Below, piece after piece: positions 60,601-64,000 of a stretch of 64,000 nt of DNA (positions are counted from its first letter, which is position 1; each line of letters opens with the position of its first letter). The position numbers and the translations under genes were made by a program. The notes under the pieces are model-generated. The model had not been told where the DNA came from and searched no databases. It was given only the letters and a program-made list of their open reading frames with translations. This DNA is from Saprolegnia diclina VS20 (lineage: Eukaryota): the NCBI RefSeq assembly GCF_000281045.1, contig NW_008246073.1, forward strand, positions 760,213 through 824,212, written 5' to 3'.

Positions 60601-62863
60601 GTTAAACGTACCTAAAGCGGAGTACGGTATTGGAGCGCTCAAGATGCGCGACCACATGCACAACCGAGCAACGGAGTCCGATGCATGGCGCGCCCGCACC
60701 GTTCCACAGCTTAGCGCGAGCTTCGACTTGGTCCAGATGTGCCTCGAAGGTGCCGACTTTGACTTGAACTTTGCGTCTGCCCTCGAACGCATCCAGTACG
60801 CCGCTTTCGTAAAGCTCATGACGCAGTACAAGCAAGATCTTGCGCTCATCCACACCAAGGCTTTCGATGTGTGGCTTTGCCACGTGAGCAATGCATACGT
60901 TGGCGATGACGATGCAATGACTCGCAAGTTGGAGGACGCCGAGAAGAAACGCAAGGACAACATTAACGCCGAAGTCAGTGCTCTCGAAAAGACGGTGCAA
61001 GAAACGCTAAAGCACAACGACTACGAAACATGGTCTCTGGCGGCAACAAATGATTGGAAGAAGACGCTCCAAGACCAAGCGGACCACTCGCAGCGCAAAG
61101 TCAAGGCCACTCGCGTGTTTCAAGTCGGCAAGGACGTCAAAAAGTTCGAAGCAATGTTTCTCGAACGCGTGGCTGCGTACGTTGAGAGGGTCGGGGGCAC
61201 CGCCACGATGGATCACGTCAAAAATATCTTCAACGACGTCCTCGCCGAAGCCCGCAAGCTCGACATGCCCTTGGCGCTAAGTGTGAAAGCGAAGGTTCAC
61301 AAGGTCATCCACGAGCACGGTCTCTTTTCGCCCGATCTACTGACGCCGCAGGACGCCGAAGTCGCCTTGGAGAGCACTGCGGCGAAAACCTCTACAGCCC
61401 AGGTGATGTGGTCGTCGATATTTGCCAAGCACACTCAAAGCTATATCAAGAGCACGGTGCAGGGCTGCGTGCGTTGCCATCTTGGCATATTCAGCGATTA
61501 CGACGATAGCGCCGTGCGTCTGTGTGCCGAGAAGGTCAGAGATGAGTTTATCAAGCACAAGTTCACGAAGCCCGAGCAGAAGCGCGGCATTGCGGTGCTC
61601 ATAACGACGCTTGGCAACGAATTGACGCAGCGCCAGGCCGTGTGGGACGCCAACAATAGCGTCGCTGACCTGTTCGTCGCACAGAAGAACAACTTGATGT
61701 CGGTGGCCGGTAGTATCTGTCGCGGCCGCCAGGCCGTTGACTTGCTCGTGGAGGTGCTCAGCACATGGCTCACGACGAGTTTATCCAAGGCACTCCACGA
61801 AGAGCTCGAGAGCGCCATAGCCGCCGAGCTTCAGTTCGCGCCGTGGGTCGAATCTCCCGAAGCGATGCAAGCAGCGCTTGACCACGATATTTCGTTGCGT
61901 CTGGAGGCCTTGGGTGTGACCTCGGTCCTTCCTTTAATTCGAGACCCCAAGGCGCATGCTGCCGACGTCATTGCCAAGCTGGTTCTCGCCAAGGTTGAAG
62001 CGCGCTACGAGAGCGTGCGTGGCAAGCTCATCCAAAACGTGAGTTCGAGCATCGATCACGCCGCGTCCGTGGCTGGGAAGACCGCGTCGAACCGCAGCAA
62101 GTCGTTTGGCGAAGCACTTCAGCGTGAGCTTCAGCGCCATCTCAAGCTCAGCGGCGCAAGCGCTTTCATCCAGAGTCTGCCGCCGCTCACGAACGGCGTC
62201 ATGAACTGCGACGCGCAAGGCCCGTCCATCTTTGACGACACAAGCAGCCGTATGCCAACCAACGTGCCCCGGCGCCTGCATGAAACATTGGTCGCACTCA
62301 CGCCGACGCTTGCTGCATCGGTGGCCAAAAACACATCTGTGGCAAAGGCCATCGCCGAAGCTCTCCAGACGGAATCTTATTGCGCCAACTATGGCATTGC
62401 GCCACGCTGCGGTGAGCCGTGTCCAAAGTGCAGATGTCCTTGCACAAAAGAACAGGGCCATGCCTCCAAGGACGGCTCGCGCCACGACACGTACCACCAA
62501 CCAAGCGGCCTCCAAGGTGCTACTATTTCCACGTGGTACTTTTGGAAAACCTGGTTGCCGTGGTGGACCAAAGCGAACGAGCTCTGTCCCCACAGCTGTG
62601 TATCGGCCGTCGCCAACAACGACATCATGGAGCTCGAAAGCGGCAAAACGAAAGCGTTCAAGGACTTTGAGAAGGTGTTTCCATACTGGTCCTTGCCGCA
62701 CGGCGCGGCCACGTCTCTTCCGCTGCGCGAACACATCTTTGCGCACTACCAGACTGAGCTTTCTCAGTACTTTGAAGTGGATAAGTGCATCGACATACCC
62801 GCCTCGTACTTTGCCCACGACATCAAAGACATCCAGCAACAGCTCGAGCGCATGCTATGCTAA
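57638..62863 (+). CDS. Very large GTPase (VLIG/GVIN1/URGCP-like), intronless, 1741 aa
   Basis: EHLWRE, GFPLEYMNGD, IFVLSVAGVQSSGKSTLLNAMFG (G1), RCTRG (G2), LLDTEG..SPE (G3), DNRMA, C-terminal CGEPCPKCRCPC..H..HQPSGL. Confidence 0.85.
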   Translation: MGLSAHLEITPSMAACLDMWLQDEAFGTSNKTTVICTLHDAARTIEKQLDAVADCSNDGTALVDLLLLALRIDANFNSATVVACFRDLRTLRAFRRLDMDNDMKAMAQLDDILRQGIPDDVRRSTIEAPVRSSLARATTYLALLTSLDDPKHWTTPSIDAPDVPIAIVIVQYAFNDAKQPDATRMTTVLGDLLVKNLAPAESPLQAKLWAVAKKHGCNHRGFPFELTSTKVQSLIIAMKKELQPDAKAISSEVSLAPVNASPLAGHELIPTDGRPMSFLRTVSPAPSKDSHFGDLVLHVLKHGLSFKDELYTKKDQASSSTTSPVVYDALLSSMASLTPAARAEVIRHLVDRCCLAPLVVPMNDAGFDMFTAEFGLVETSVNGKLASLIRDTSCTRVAVVSERPTKNSTTSDWIKNIFHAESLHCCDRLLTKTVTKRPCVAELGWGFVVEGNEMTPVMVLHIIGDYMLLESFITQFADILIVDAGYKPVRTTLPHGLVIQWRAPKQSENDESDEDAKTDETSDSNGAVTAVALICDMGSSREEIAQRIVNVLPSKPRVPVECLRVPDIVKPTTRFSSQIVTAVAKTNFATLRSKDLKLQMAFKNESSHSLHFQRQQSERERKNIQIDIDMLQQACRDNAECVLQYPLFQIFVAMLKLPSAASREMCILDFERQIATASAVISDVAHTKYISAVAAASQSGDASATQSSLKEWDNAVTGMEHLWRELSLVYRSDPTKYSDLPDLAVTHLLDGFPLEYMNGDAGMVNKTWVRAILRQLGKKLGDDARIFVLSVAGVQSSGKSTLLNAMFGIRLKTSVARCTRGVTMQLLPCDSGNAYDYILLLDTEGMQSPERVGMKDSVWRDNRMASVAILPADATILLMKGESTNVIDNALPIVLSVFGNSSLAAASEGRLQTKLYFVLNQINAVSSNSLVTCVSTLTDNLRKNAAKIGLVCQSKEPAFSEFLADFRGFNCDEDKRDVRVLGYTRMLPLNVPKAEYGIGALKMRDHMHNRATESDAWRARTVPQLSASFDLVQMCLEGADFDLNFASALERIQYAAFVKLMTQYKQDLALIHTKAFDVWLCHVSNAYVGDDDAMTRKLEDAEKKRKDNINAEVSALEKTVQETLKHNDYETWSLAATNDWKKTLQDQADHSQRKVKATRVFQVGKDVKKFEAMFLERVAAYVERVGGTATMDHVKNIFNDVLAEARKLDMPLALSVKAKVHKVIHEHGLFSPDLLTPQDAEVALESTAAKTSTAQVMWSSIFAKHTQSYIKSTVQGCVRCHLGIFSDYDDSAVRLCAEKVRDEFIKHKFTKPEQKRGIAVLITTLGNELTQRQAVWDANNSVADLFVAQKNNLMSVAGSICRGRQAVDLLVEVLSTWLTTSLSKALHEELESAIAAELQFAPWVESPEAMQAALDHDISLRLEALGVTSVLPLIRDPKAHAADVIAKLVLAKVEARYESVRGKLIQNVSSSIDHAASVAGKTASNRSKSFGEALQRELQRHLKLSGASAFIQSLPPLTNGVMNCDAQGPSIFDDTSSRMPTNVPRRLHETLVALTPTLAASVAKNTSVAKAIAEALQTESYCANYGIAPRCGEPCPKCRCPCTKEQGHASKDGSRHDTYHQPSGLQGATISTWYFWKTWLPWWTKANELCPHSCVSAVANNDIMELESGKTKAFKDFEKVFPYWSLPHGAATSLPLREHIFAHYQTELSQYFEVDKCIDIPASYFAHDIKDIQQQLERMLC

Positions 62864-63024
62864 TTTTATATCAACACAATACATGCAATACTCGTCGAAC
62901 GTGTTTATCAGGCGACACAGTCGTCAAACCAACTGCATCTTCCTGTCATGACTCTGACAATCTTCATCATAGCCCCTTCGGAGAACAATGCACACGTTGC
63001 GGATCCCACTCTTCTCGGAAGGGA

Positions 63025-64000
63025 CTAAGCCAATGTAAGTGAAAACACCTCGTTGCTGCGCGTCTCGTGGGCATCTTGGCCGCCAAAGAGCAAGACGGTC
63101 TTGGCGCCTTCGTTTGCGAGCACAGCGCAGTGTCCAACACGTTGCATGCCGTCAGAGGAGTCCATCGTCACTGGCTTCCACTCCCACGTCTCCGTGTTGA
63201 GCGCAAATACGTCACCAAAGAGGGTCGTTTTCTGGGCGCCGACCTGCGGGTCCCAGCCACCATAGACAAGGATCGTCGACGCATCGAGGGCGACCGCGAT
63301 CTGGCCCGTCCGGGGCGCGGGACCGACACCGACCGTGCACGGGTGGAACCAAAACCACGCATTGTCCGCGGGCCGACGTTCGAGCACGTGTACCGAGTCG
63401 AAGCTGCGCTTGGTGTCGTTGCCGCCAAAGAGGACCATGCGGTGGTCGCCGATCGCAACCGCCGAGTGGTAGTTGCGGGCTGCGGGCGCCCGGCCGTCGA
63501 CTCGAATGTTGCGCCACGTCCATGTCGCTACTCAATTATAATGGCATTCAAATTGAGTTTCAGGCGTCTCAATCGCGTACCCGTCTCGAGTACGTGGACC
63601 GAGTTCATGCTGCTGCGACCACGGTTGCCGCCAAAGACGACTATGTCCGAGCCGAGCCGGCACATGCTGTGACCGCTTCGCGCGACGGGTACCGGCCCCG
63701 CGACGACTGGGGGGTACCACAGAAAGGCCTCTACGACTCACGTTGAAGCCACCAACCGACTGGACCACACGCATCCTACCCGTATCAAGCACCATCGGGT
63801 CGGCGAGCGTCTCCATCGCGTCATTCACAAGGCGCTCGCCGCCAAACACAACGAGCAGCTTGTTCGTCGGCAGGTACACAGCGCCGTGCCACGTCCGCGG
63901 CAGGCTTTCGCAGTTGGCCGGACGGCTCCACGCATTCGTCGCAATGTCAAACACGTGGATATCCGCAAGCGTCGTCTCGTCTTCGCTCTCGCCGCCGTAG
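63025..64000 (-). CDS. Kelch-repeat protein (3' part; start lies beyond the window)
   Basis: Repeats PRTWHGA..LVVFGG, VLFGGN, PRTGQ..ILVYGGW, RVGHCA..LLFGGQ; introns present. Confidence 0.85.

Noticed and set aside
1..64000. tRNA, rRNA, CRISPR or prokaryotic defence systems
   Set aside because: No cloverleaf, rRNA or repeat-spacer pattern seen by eye; genes carry spliceosomal introns. Small ncRNAs cannot be excluded without a covariance-model search

Overview
Compact, GC-rich eukaryotic DNA with many short (~45-60 nt) GT-AG introns and INR+FPR core-promoter motifs. It is most likely an oomycete, probably Saprolegniales (inference). About 27 protein genes can be read: housekeeping genes (TyrRS, BRX1, glutamine-dependent NAD synthetase, CACYBP, BLTP2/Hobbit, GGACT), signalling genes (calcineurin-like PPP with EF-hand, PP2C, CAMK-family kinase, receptor-like TKL kinase) and a pair of coiled-coil paralogs. 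The most unusual part is 46-63 kb. It holds three tandem 7TM receptor/class III cyclase fusion genes whose cyclase domains keep the metal-binding Asps but lack the substrate and transition-state residues, with a near-identical conversion-like tract shared by two copies. Next is a non-autonomous Mutator-like transposon (10-bp TSD) with a second element (8-bp TSD, Merlin-like ends) nested in its right TIR. The transposon ends ~50 bp upstream of the core promoter of an intronless 1741-aa very large GTPase (VLIG/GVIN1/URGCP-like). No RNA genes or CRISPR arrays were recognised. Gene models were built by eye, so some ends are approximate.
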